Source: Gammaproteobacteria bacterium
Lineage (GTDB): Bacteria > Pseudomonadota > Gammaproteobacteria > GCA-001735895
Length of the DNA stretch: 64,000 nt
Assembly (NCBI GenBank): GCA_050298595.1
Contig: JBNKUM010000067.1
Coordinates: 2,976-66,975 of the forward strand
Reading direction: 5' to 3'
Shown here: positions 31,766-41,330 of the stretch, piece by piece
Layout: every line of letters starts with the position of its first letter
Position numbering within the stretch: position 1 is the first letter of the stretch
Made by a program: the position numbers and the translations under genes
The notes under the pieces: model-generated
What the model was told of the DNA's origin: nothing
The model's database searches: none
Seen by the model: only the letters and a program-made list of their open reading frames with translations

Positions 31766-34588
31766 TTATTCAGCCTTATTTAGTGCTCTTAATATAGCAG
31801 GGTAATCAAACTTACTGGCGAGCTGGCTGAGTGCCCTGTGTAACGCCGGGTCAATCGCCTCGGTGCGCTGGATCACTGCCTCAATGCTCTCGGGCTCCAG
31901 ACTTTCCAGTACCTCAATAAGCTCACTACGTAACACTTCTGGTAACTTTTCCAGCATCTGTGGCGTTAATACTACATGCTCATCTTGCGCCTTTGACGCA
32001 GTACTTCCGTACAGATATTTAACGCCCAGGTGTTTTGATATCACATCGTAGATTAGCGTCGCTCTGTATGGTTTGCTCACGTAATCGTCCATACCGATTT
32101 TTAGAATTTCATTGCGCTCCTCTTCAAAGGCCGAGGCGGTCACCGCGACAATCTTTACCTCTTTGCCGTCAGGCAATTCCCGGATACGTCGTGTTGCCTG
32201 CATGCCATCCATCACCGGCATATGTATATCCATCCAGATTAAATGTGGATGCCAGCTCTGAAACAGTTGTACACCCTGCTCACCATTTTCCGCCAGCTTT
32301 ATCTGGAAACCAACACTCTCCATAATTTCAGAAAGAAGGAGTTGATTGTCGCTCTGGTCTTCGACGATCAGGATACGGTATTCGGGTTGTCCCGGCGCAA
32401 GGCTAGTCACAACCCCCCTGCCAATCTGATCCGGTTTGCTGATATCCTGTTCCAGTGCTTCCTGCAAGATCAGTTCTATGCTGAATACCGTGCCTTTATC
32501 AATCTCGCTTTGCAGGCTGATACTGCCACCCATCATTTGCACGAACTGGCGCGTAATAGCCAGCCCGAGTCCCGTGCCCTTACTGCTATCCTTTTCACCC
32601 ACCTGTACGAAGGGGTCGAAGATAAGTTGTTGATCTTCAGGGCTGATACCTATGCCTGTATCCTCAACCTCGATCAGCAGATGAGATATTCTGTTTTGCT
32701 TTGTGGCCAGACGCAGAGTCACGCCCCCCTGCTGGGTAGCTCTGATGGCATTCCCTATCAGATTGATCAGAATCTGGCGCAGGCGCGACTCGTCGCCTAC
32801 GATGTAACGAGGGAACTGCGATGACTGGTCGACATGTAATTGCAGATCCTTATTTTCCGCGCGTATGCGCATCATATCGATAACATCTCGTAGCATACCG
32901 CCCAGATCAAAAGGCTCATTCTCCAGTTGTACCCGCCCGGCTTCTATCTTGGCCATTTCCAACACATCGTTGATCAGCGTTAGCAGGTATTCGCCACTAC
33001 GATTAATAATATTATTATTGTGCTGTAATCTTTCAGGCAGTGATGGATCCTGGTTCATCAGGTTGGAAAACCCGAGGATAGCGTTCAATGGGGTACGCAG
33101 TTCGTGGCTCATGTTGGCAAGGAAAGTACTCTTGGCTCGGTTGGCAACTTCGGCCTTTTCTTTGGCCGCCTGTAACTCCTGAGTGCGTTCGTCAACGCGT
33201 TGCTCCAGTGTTTCAAACGATTGCCGCAGTTGCCTGATCATGGCATTGAAGGCGGCGGCCAGTTGCCCTACTTCATCACTGGCTTTAAGGTCAATCTCGA
33301 TCAGCTTATCCGAGACTACAGGCGTATCTTTCGCTGTGGAACTATTAATCTGGGTGTTCAGACCGATGCGTGAAACGCTTTCCGTTAAGGCCACAATCGG
33401 TTTGACCAGACGATCTAACAGTATATAGCCCAATATCCAGACCACGATCAAAACCAGAGTAGCCAGGCCAATGAGTGCAGTAACGGTTTCTCGTATCTTC
33501 TGGGAGGCGCTCGCCCCTGATTGCGTAAACCCGATAATCAGCCGGGCTTTATCGCCATAGTGCAACAGGGTCAGGGCCTGGTAATAGGTTTCATCATCCA
33601 CGCTCAGAATCCTTTGTTGCATCGGTTGTTCAGGTGTCGCCTGACTCTGTTGCACCCATTGCACCAGATCTTCCGGCTTCATCTTCATTTTGACGATTTC
33701 GATTTGATGCATCCCATCTAACGAATACAGTGCTGGTAATAAACCACTTTTCTGCGCAATGCCTTGCAAAAATGCCTGGTCAAAGACCTTCTTGAATACA
33801 AAGGCACCAATGAGAACTGGTTTGATTTGGTCGGGATTTTTCTGGTTAAGCGCTTCCTGAGAAGCGATGACTGGATTGTTGACCACAAATCCTTCGGAGG
33901 AACCCAGGGTAATATTGTTTCGCATTACCGTTCGAGTAATTGCCTGTACCGGGACAACGATTTGCAATACCAACGCCTGCTGTTCAGAAAAATAAAAGGA
34001 AATCATGGGTTGCCTGGGTAATGTAATTTGAGATGAGATTAATGGAGGAGGGGTACCCAGCGGCCATATTGGCCAGTTATTGAACTTCATCTCTCCGCTC
34101 TGATCTGGATCAGTTTTAATCAGCCTCTGCTGCCCCTCCCGAAACACACTGATGCCAGCCTCAGTAGTAGTCACGAAATGACTTAACTCATTGCCCGTGT
34201 AAACGGCGGCGCTGGAAAATCCGGCCGTACGCAGAATAATCTGAAACCGATTCAGTGAAATGGTTTTATCGAACAGGAATCCGCGTTCATTCTTTGATGC
34301 TAGCTCAGGATAGTTCTTAAATTGCTGTGTTTTTGCATACAGCGTAGCCAGATCACTCAAGTTATCGATTCCGGTAACATTTTTTTCGGCAACCCTGCGC
34401 AGATCAGTTATCGTTTCCTGCAACTCGTACTGTAACAGGTCGGTCTGTTTGGTCAGGCTGCTAAACGCCTCTCGCTCGCTTTGTTGCGTGGTCAGGTAGA
34501 TGGCGAGTGCTACATTAAGCCCAGCGATAATGATCAGGGCCGTGCTAAACGCCAGCAGCAATTTCGTCTTGATACCCGATATGTTCAC
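31766..34588 (-). CDS. Hybrid sensor histidine kinase (HK2), paralogue of HK1
   Basis: 940 aa with the same architecture as HK1. [20 protein letters not shown]; [13 protein letters not shown]; receiver [11 protein letters not shown]...[10 protein letters not shown]. Confidence 0.9.
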   Translation of the reverse strand: MNISGIKTKLLLAFSTALIIIAGLNVALAIYLTTQQSEREAFSSLTKQTDLLQYELQETITDLRRVAEKNVTGIDNLSDLATLYAKTQQFKNYPELASKNERGFLFDKTISLNRFQIILRTAGFSSAAVYTGNELSHFVTTTEAGISVFREGQQRLIKTDPDQSGEMKFNNWPIWPLGTPPPLISSQITLPRQPMISFYFSEQQALVLQIVVPVQAITRTVMRNNITLGSSEGFVVNNPVIASQEALNQKNPDQIKPVLIGAFVFKKVFDQAFLQGIAQKSGLLPALYSLDGMHQIEIVKMKMKPEDLVQWVQQSQATPEQPMQQRILSVDDETYYQALTLLHYGDKARLIIGFTQSGASASQKIRETVTALIGLATLVLIVVWILGYILLDRLVKPIVALTESVSRIGLNTQINSSTAKDTPVVSDKLIEIDLKASDEVGQLAAAFNAMIRQLRQSFETLEQRVDERTQELQAAKEKAEVANRAKSTFLANMSHELRTPLNAILGFSNLMNQDPSLPERLQHNNNIINRSGEYLLTLINDVLEMAKIEAGRVQLENEPFDLGGMLRDVIDMMRIRAENKDLQLHVDQSSQFPRYIVGDESRLRQILINLIGNAIRATQQGGVTLRLATKQNRISHLLIEVEDTGIGISPEDQQLIFDPFVQVGEKDSSKGTGLGLAITRQFVQMMGGSISLQSEIDKGTVFSIELILQEALEQDISKPDQIGRGVVTSLAPGQPEYRILIVEDQSDNQLLLSEIMESVGFQIKLAENGEQGVQLFQSWHPHLIWMDIHMPVMDGMQATRRIRELPDGKEVKIVAVTASAFEEERNEILKIGMDDYVSKPYRATLIYDVISKHLGVKYLYGSTASKAQDEHVVLTPQMLEKLPEVLRSELIEVLESLEPESIEAVIQRTEAIDPALHRALSQLASKFDYPAILRALNKAE

Positions 34589-34614
34589 TGTAACTTGTCA
34601 GCTTTTTCTGTGCA

Positions 34615-35982
34615 CTATTTGATCGGATAGCCGCCGTGATCTTTTATATCCTGGTCAATTTCCTGCGCCGCCCGGTGAAGTTCCGTTTTGACGTCTGCGC
34701 CATTAATAATATTCTCCATCGCTTCGGCAAAGACCTTTGAGATCACGGCATACGCTGGAGTGATCGGACGAGGAATGGCGCGCTCGCTTTCCAGTTGTTG
34801 TGCAATCAAATGTAAGGGGCCTGATTCACCATACAATTTTGACTGTGCCAGCACTGACTTCCGGGCCGGTGGGCCTCCGTTTTCGTTCGTCATACGTAAC
34901 ATTTCCTGCGGGGATAGCAGGAACTCGATGAATGTCCAGGCGCCAGTGGGATCCGGGCAATTGCTGGATATCCCCCAGCTCCAGCTACCCATCGCGGTTT
35001 TTGACCCATACCCAAAATCAGGCTGCGGTAACAACACCAGATCTTCCCCCAGAGCCTCGGCATGCGGTTTGTACATCCAGTGCCCCACCCAGGCGAGGGC
35101 CGCTTTTTTAGATCCGTAAAAATCGTCGTCCGTGGTCCTGGATTTGCCGGCCCAGCCCTTTTCAAACCAGCTCTGAAAGTGTTGCATGGCCTCAATCGAC
35201 TGGGGACTATCCAGCACGCCAGTTGCATGCTGGTAGCTGCTGCGATCAATCAGATCACCACCAAATGACTGGATGATGGGCGTAAAACACCATGAATAAA
35301 ACTCGCCAGGACCATAATTAATTTTCATATCAATTGCATACTCTACGTCAGGCAGGGCGGTCAGTTTTGCCAGCGCCTCTTCAAATTCGACCAGATTCCA
35401 CGGTTTTTCAAAGGTCGGTATGCGGATTCCAGCCGCGTTCAGATAGCGGCGATTGCCGTAGATTACCAGCCCTGAGTCAAACTGTCCGAGGCTATAGAGC
35501 TGTCCGTTGAAGGTTCCCTGGGTGAGAATCGAGGGCAATAAGTCGGCTTTTAGATCTGCTGAAACAAAACGGTCAATCGGCTGCAGATAGCCTGGCCATG
35601 CAAAGTTATAGAGGTATGGACCGTCAAACTCCAGGGCGCAGGCCAAACTACCAGACTGTGCGCTGCCAATGATCCGGTCAGCATAGATTTCCGGTGCAAT
35701 CGGCACATATTCTATGGTGTATTTATTTTGAGCCTGCTCAAAGGCTTCCACCGACTTAGCAAACACATCACCTTCTATGCTGCCAGGTAACATATGCGTC
35801 CAGACGCTGATCACTTTGCGCCTGTCTGTCTGGGGCGAGGGTGTTGAAGGTAGCGCTGTTGGTACTGAAGAGGGAGCGGCTAAAGCAGTGGATGTAGTCA
35901 AGTCCGAAATCCTGCAAAAAGTTAGTATCATGGCCACCAGAATCAGCTTATTTTGATAAAGTATTTTCTTTCTCATTTTCAC
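34615..35982 (-). CDS. Orphan ABC-type (family 1) substrate-binding protein (SBP2), paralogue of SBP1
   Basis: 455 aa with a signal sequence and a Pro/Ser/Thr-rich linker. Long blocks shared with SBP1 (DMKINYG, IQSFGGDLIDR, MQHFQSWF). 26 nt upstream of HK2. Confidence 0.8.
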   Translation of the reverse strand: MKMRKKILYQNKLILVAMILTFCRISDLTTSTALAAPSSVPTALPSTPSPQTDRRKVISVWTHMLPGSIEGDVFAKSVEAFEQAQNKYTIEYVPIAPEIYADRIIGSAQSGSLACALEFDGPYLYNFAWPGYLQPIDRFVSADLKADLLPSILTQGTFNGQLYSLGQFDSGLVIYGNRRYLNAAGIRIPTFEKPWNLVEFEEALAKLTALPDVEYAIDMKINYGPGEFYSWCFTPIIQSFGGDLIDRSSYQHATGVLDSPQSIEAMQHFQSWFEKGWAGKSRTTDDDFYGSKKAALAWVGHWMYKPHAEALGEDLVLLPQPDFGYGSKTAMGSWSWGISSNCPDPTGAWTFIEFLLSPQEMLRMTNENGGPPARKSVLAQSKLYGESGPLHLIAQQLESERAIPRPITPAYAVISKVFAEAMENIINGADVKTELHRAAQEIDQDIKDHGGYPIK

Positions 35983-36121
35983 TCCCCTCTAATGTACTTC
36001 AATACCAATGAGTAATTTCGGGCTCCTGACAAGCCGGCTCTGCTTATAATTAGGGCACCTCCGATGTAAATATTATGCCTTTCATATGTATCCAAATTAT
36101 GATTTGCCTGCTACATCATTA

Positions 36122-37927
36122 TTATTTCTGGAAATTTTCGGGTGAAATCCCCTTGCTGCACATCTCCAGAATTTTGTCTCCTGATACGGACTTGCTGTAA
36201 TAAAACCCTTGCGCAACATCACAATCCACGGATTTCAGAAATTCCTGCTGAGTACCCATCTCAACGCCTTCAGCAACCACTTTCAGATTCAGGCTATGGG
36301 CCATGGCAATAATGGCCAACGGAATCGCATTGCCATGCTCAGTACCAATGTTTTTTATAAAGGACTTATCGATCTTCAGTTCGTTGACGGGGAAATCCTG
36401 CAAATAGGCTAGACTTGAATATCCTGTTCCGAAATCATCAACTGAAAGCCCAACACCTAAATCATGCAGCTTGTTTAGAATATCCAGATTAGTTTTACTG
36501 TACTGCATCAGCAGACTTTCGGTTATCTCCAGTCCAAGCCTGGAGGGCGGTATCTGAAACTCTTCAATAGTACGATGCACGGTATCTTCAAAGCCATCTG
36601 AGTGTAATTGCGGCACTGAGATATTTACCGAGATAGATAAATCATCATAACCAGCATCATGCCATCGTCTTAATTCTGCACAACTCTCACGTAAGCCAAA
36701 CGCTCCAAGTTCCTTGATCAGTCCATTCGCTTCTGCTACCGGGATAAATTCTGCCGGGGATATCAACGTTCCATTGGCGAGACGCCATCGCATTAGCGCT
36801 TCAGCACCTATGATTTTATTTGTAGTTAAATCAATCTGTGGTTGATACTCCATAAACAGTTCCTGATTATGAATCGCATCTATGAGCAAATTGGAAAGGT
36901 TAAGATGATCCTGCACAGTCCTGTTTAATTCGCTGGTATACAGTTTGATTTCGGCTCGACCAGATTGCTTGGCGTGATACATGGCGGTATCGGCATTGCT
37001 CAACAGGGTATCCACATCCGTGCCGTCCTCCGGGTAAACAGCTATACCAATGCTAGCACCTATATGAAAATTCAAATCATTCATTTGAAATGGTATTCGA
37101 AGAGAATCAAATATTTTTCTGGCCATAGCCATGATATCTTGATTTTTCTGATGCAATGGTAGACAAATTACAAACTCATCTCCACCCAGCCTGGCAACAA
37201 TATCTTCATCACGTATGGCACTTTTAAGTCTATCGGCAACTTTACTTAGCAGCTTGTCGCCAGCATGATGTCCTAACGAATCGTTAATAATTTTAAATTG
37301 ATCCAGATCGAGAAACATCAATGCAATATTCTCATCACATCGTTTCGCTCGAGTGATTAGCTGGTTAAGTCGCTCCACCAACAATATACGATTGGGCATG
37401 TCGGTTAACGAATCATGAGTAGCGATATACCTGACCTGTTCTTCAACTCGCTTTCGCTCCTCAATTTCATGGCGTAATAAAACGTTAGCATCAACTAGCT
37501 CCTGAGTGCGCTCGCTAATACGTATATCAAGCTCTTTGCGTAAACCCGAAAGCTCGAGATGAGTATTGATTCGAGCCATTACTTCCGCAAAATTGATCGG
37601 TTTGGTAATGTAATCGACAGCACCCACGGCAAAACCATGCACCATATCGGATGTTTCTGTAGCAGCGCTTAAGAATATGATAGGGATATCTATCAGATCC
37701 TGTTCTAATCTGATGCGACGACAGGTCTCATAGCCATCAATACCCGGCATCATAATATCAAGCAGAATAAGGTCTGGCTTAGGGAGATTGGCCAGTTTTA
37801 GGCGTCGAAGTGCCTGTTCTCCACTTTGCGCGACTGCTATCTTGAGATTCTGCCCCTCAAGACCGTCAACTAGCAACTTCAGATTGGCAGGATTATCGTC
37901 AACTAGCAGGATAATTTTACTTACCAT
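36122..37927 (-). CDS. Response regulator with GGDEF and EAL domains (c-di-GMP turnover)
   Basis: 601 aa. Receiver ILLVDDNPANL...LLDIMMPGIDG. Intact GGDEF (RLGGDEFVI). Intact EAL domain (GAEALMRW, DDFGTGYSSL). Confidence 0.9.
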   Translation of the reverse strand: MVSKIILLVDDNPANLKLLVDGLEGQNLKIAVAQSGEQALRRLKLANLPKPDLILLDIMMPGIDGYETCRRIRLEQDLIDIPIIFLSAATETSDMVHGFAVGAVDYITKPINFAEVMARINTHLELSGLRKELDIRISERTQELVDANVLLRHEIEERKRVEEQVRYIATHDSLTDMPNRILLVERLNQLITRAKRCDENIALMFLDLDQFKIINDSLGHHAGDKLLSKVADRLKSAIRDEDIVARLGGDEFVICLPLHQKNQDIMAMARKIFDSLRIPFQMNDLNFHIGASIGIAVYPEDGTDVDTLLSNADTAMYHAKQSGRAEIKLYTSELNRTVQDHLNLSNLLIDAIHNQELFMEYQPQIDLTTNKIIGAEALMRWRLANGTLISPAEFIPVAEANGLIKELGAFGLRESCAELRRWHDAGYDDLSISVNISVPQLHSDGFEDTVHRTIEEFQIPPSRLGLEITESLLMQYSKTNLDILNKLHDLGVGLSVDDFGTGYSSLAYLQDFPVNELKIDKSFIKNIGTEHGNAIPLAIIAMAHSLNLKVVAEGVEMGTQQEFLKSVDCDVAQGFYYSKSVSGDKILEMCSKGISPENFQK

Positions 37928-38508
37928 ACTGAGTTAATCCCGACAGCACAAAACAGATAATTTGAGAGACAATATAGTTTTATTTTTTTCACAAAACTGC
38001 CTGCATAATTGATGAGTTCCTTATTTATTAAGCTGACGCTGTAAAACCCCGGATATCTATGCGCTCTGGAAGCGCCACCTTTTTGAGGACTTATCTATCA
38101 TTAAAAAAAGGTGAGAAAAACAACATCCTGCTATATTGTTTTCCTGTTAACCCTGAGATTCTTATACTGCAATATACTTTATAGCAAAATTTCAGGGAAT
38201 TCGCCTAAAAGGATTTTAAAGATTATTCAGGTAGTCTAAATCAAGTACATAGATTGAAATATGAGCCTGTTTATATTTTTATATTCAATAACTTATAGGA
38301 AATAGTTAGCTTTCTGATCAGTATTTTCAGGTTTATACAGGCATCCCAAAAAATTCAACTATGCGTGAGTCTGTCGGTACTTTTTCAGAGCTTCCTTAAA
38401 TGATGTTGTTCAAACCCACCACTGGAAAGCCAAATGTACTTGAAAAGTAAAAGCCAGGGATAGATCATCAGGGTTTAATTTTCATCCATTCCCAGAGAGC
38501 GGAAACCC

Positions 38509-38934
38509 ATGCATCATAATTCCAGCAAAGCTTATCGTGGTTCCTGCCTGTGTCGAGCTATTCAATTCGAAGCAAGTAACCTGTCACCACAAATGGGGCA
38601 TTGCCATTGCAGTATGTGCCGTAAGTTTCACGGTGCGGCTTTTGCTACCTTTGGCGAAACAACCTCTGAAAATTTTCGCTGGCTAAACGGAGCAGAGCTT
38701 CTTAAGAGTTATCAGGCCCCCAATGGAACCACCCGTCAGTTTTGTAGCGTCTGTGGCTCCAGTCTTACCTTTAAACCCAGTGGCGAGGATACCGGCCTGG
38801 TTGAATTTGCTCTGGGTGCACTGGATGGTCCAATTAGCGAACGGCCGGATGCTCACATCTTCACCGCCTACAAAGCTGACTGGATGGATCTTTGTGATGA
38901 TCTGCCTAAATTTAAGGAAGGCAGAGATGGTTGA
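38509..38934 (+). CDS. GFA (glutathione-dependent formaldehyde-activating / CENP-V-like) family protein
   Basis: 141 aa with zinc-ligand cysteine pattern CLC...CHCSMC...CSVCG. Confidence 0.8.
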   Translation: MHHNSSKAYRGSCLCRAIQFEASNLSPQMGHCHCSMCRKFHGAAFATFGETTSENFRWLNGAELLKSYQAPNGTTRQFCSVCGSSLTFKPSGEDTGLVEFALGALDGPISERPDAHIFTAYKADWMDLCDDLPKFKEGRDG

Positions 38935-39430
38935 CGCTAATACCATCAAGATTCGTGATTTTCATCCTTCTGATGTAAACCTGATTGTTACGTTAAATTA
39001 TCAATCGGTTGCGGTTTTAAGTGCGATGGATGAACAGCGTTTTGATCTTTTGCGGGAACAAAGCAGTGTATTGTGGATTGCCGAACTTAACCAGCAGCCG
39101 GTTGGATTTTTGATGGGTTTTGGCGATGGAAGCAACTACGACAGTGTTAATTATCAGTGGTTTAATGAGCGGTATGATAGTTTTGTGTATATCGACCGAG
39201 TGGTAGTTGGGGTCGAAGTGCGTAGTGCTGGCATAGGCAGCGCCTTTTATGCCCGGCTTGAGCAATGGGCATATGAGCAACAAAAGTCCTGCCTTGTAGC
39301 TGAGGTAGATATTGTTCCTCTTAATCAGGGTTCTCTCAATTTTCATCTGCGCCTGGGGTTTGTTGAAGCTGGGCAGCAGGTGTATGGAAATCCGCAAAAG
39401 AAGGTTTCATTGATGAGAAAAAATCTATGA
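38927..39430 (+). CDS. GNAT-family acetyltransferase
   Basis: In-frame ATG at 38927 with RBS aaggaaggcagagATG, overlapping the GFA stop (ATGGTTGA). Motif A-like VRSAGIGSAFYARLE. The longer ORF 38723.. is only an upstream extension. Confidence 0.7.
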   Translation: MVDANTIKIRDFHPSDVNLIVTLNYQSVAVLSAMDEQRFDLLREQSSVLWIAELNQQPVGFLMGFGDGSNYDSVNYQWFNERYDSFVYIDRVVVGVEVRSAGIGSAFYARLEQWAYEQQKSCLVAEVDIVPLNQGSLNFHLRLGFVEAGQQVYGNPQKKVSLMRKNL

Positions 39431-39533
39431 GCTTTCACAGCCGATTGATTTTCAGGCTTTGGGGTCACGAAACCCTGCGATAAGCTTAAATTCTATACGT
39501 AAGATAATCTGACTTACCTTCTATCCATTAATA

Positions 39534-40202
39534 ATGAAACGAACCATTAAGTCACTATCATTCAGGGCTGAATTTTCAATTGTGATCCTTATCGCTTTTG
39601 GATACTTCATGTTATCCAGCCTGCTTTTCATTTTTATCCCATACACTAACGCACCTGTTTCTGAGTCTCATCTCAGGTTTTTATTGGTCTACGAAACTTT
39701 GGTAACCATAGCGCTTTGGAAATTTTTATCTTTTCGAGGGTGGAAGATTCAACAGTTAGGATTAGTGCCTTCGATTCGAGATACTCTTATCGGTATTGGA
39801 CTTTTCGTTGTAGCGTACACTGCCTACCTGGTTGTATGGCTAATTTTTAACAACATAGTCACTGGGTTGGAGGATCAATCACGCGGACTTGTTTCTTCCG
39901 GACTAAGTCTGACAACCGTGCTGATAGTTTCCATTCTGAATCCGATCTTTGAAGAGGTCTTTGTGTGTGGCTATATCATCACGGCTCTAAGAAAAATGCG
40001 AAGTATCTCATTCGCTATTAACATGAGTATAGGTATAAGACTTGTTTACCACCTTTATCAAGGTTCGGTCGGGGTTATTGGTATAATCCCGCTGGGATTT
40101 ATCTTTGCGTATTGGTATGCAAAGACGGGACGTTTGTGGCCTGTAGTTATCGCACATGGTCTAATTGACTTTCTGGGCTTATTTGCCTATACGCAAAAGT
40201 AA
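39534..40202 (+). CDS. CPBP (CAAX/Abi) family intramembrane glutamic protease
   Basis: 222 aa, polytopic. Motifs NPIFEEVFVCGY, HLYQG and AHGLIDF match the three CPBP motifs. Confidence 0.8.
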   Translation: MKRTIKSLSFRAEFSIVILIAFGYFMLSSLLFIFIPYTNAPVSESHLRFLLVYETLVTIALWKFLSFRGWKIQQLGLVPSIRDTLIGIGLFVVAYTAYLVVWLIFNNIVTGLEDQSRGLVSSGLSLTTVLIVSILNPIFEEVFVCGYIITALRKMRSISFAINMSIGIRLVYHLYQGSVGVIGIIPLGFIFAYWYAKTGRLWPVVIAHGLIDFLGLFAYTQK

Positions 40203-40245
40203 GGCTTCCGCGTCCTGCTCACGCCCCTTGCCAATGTCCCGACAG

Positions 40246-40440
40246 GTAAGGTAGAGATACTCCGCCGCAAACGAGCAATTCAGCTCGTAGCAGAATTCAC
40301 CTATTTGGTTTTCAGCATGGATGATGTTATTTCGCGAATGCATGGACGCCTACATGGACGTAGGTGGTACGAGCTCAGGGGTGAGCGAAGGTAGGACAAT
40401 GCAGGACGCCTAAAGGGATTTAGGTGATAGAGCGAAAGCT
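40246..40440. repeat. Second copy of the ~100-bp repeat core (no terminal inverted repeats)
   Basis: 40246-40346 aligns with 6896-6996 at roughly 85-90% identity by hand alignment (about 12 mismatches in ~101 nt). The downstream aaaggga + ttaggtgatag segment is inverted relative to copy A (ctatcacctaa). Confidence 0.7.
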
Positions 40441-40697
40441 GGATGCCAGAGCAAACCGGTATCCAGAGAGTCAATTGCTGGATTGTCATACCCTGTGGTT
40501 GCACCAGCAAAGGCATAATCGGAAAGGATGGCGGAATAATGATTAACCAAATGCTCGACCCAGATGGTACCGTCAGAAAATCTCTTTACGTTGCCGTTAT
40601 CCGTAAGACTGTCACCGAATGTCAAACAGTACTATAACCCAGAGCACTCCCTGAGGTAAAAAGAGAAAAAAACAGAACAAGTACTAAATATTGCATA
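40410..40697 (-). pseudogene. GDSL/SGNH lipase gene remnant (frameshifted and 3'-truncated)
   Basis: Block-I motif FGDSLTDNGN in ORF 40410..40625. A signal-peptide-like ORF (MQYLVLVLFFSLFTSGSALGYSTV*) starts at ATG 40697 in a different frame. Homology stops where the repeat core begins (~40440). Confidence 0.65.
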
Positions 40698-41330
40698 TGA
40701 TTCAGGCCCATACGCGGTCCTCTTTCAACATTATTTGGATATCCAGGAACTTCTGGTCTCGCAGGATCCAGCTCCTGGTACTCTGCAGATTATTTTTGTC
40801 ATTTATGAGTAGCCTTCGTTTAGTAAATCTATATAAACTGATTGTGATTGATGCGATATGTAGGCAGGTTCAAGAACAAACGTAACCCACCCCGTCTTTA
40901 TCATTTTTTGCCCGATTCAAAGTGCTAAATGCTTTGAAATTGACACCATTACCAGGATTAATGGAATCTGCTTGCGTTGCGACGAGAAATGCCGTTGTAA
41001 TGACGGTAACTTGATATGTATTCATCTTCTTTCCATAAGTACTATTGACACTTAGTTAACAGATATTGAATAGGCATACTCTAACGTAAGAGACAAAAAA
41101 CAATAAAAATGGTTGATCTAGCTTGATAGAATAAAAGTTGAGAAGCCGATATTCTAGCAACTCCTTATAACGTTTAACTGCATTAATTCAGAGCTGCTTA
41201 TTCCGCGCGTGTTTTGATTAAAAAAAGTGTCATTTTTGTAGATGACAAGAATCAGGTACACATAAAGTTATTCTTTGAGTGATTCGAAGTGTACCTATCT
41301 AAATACTCAGTACATGTGAACGGCTGCTCC

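Noticed and set aside
32243-33428. Plus-strand ORFs of 80-193 aa inside HK2, with similar ones inside HK1, the SBPs and the TBDR gene
   Set aside because: These are shadow ORFs antisense to strongly supported genes. No motifs or RBS were seen.
38723-38926. Upstream extension of the GNAT ORF overlapping the GFA gene
   Set aside because: It overlaps the well-supported GFA reading frame. An in-frame ATG at 38927 with a good RBS gives a normal-length GNAT.
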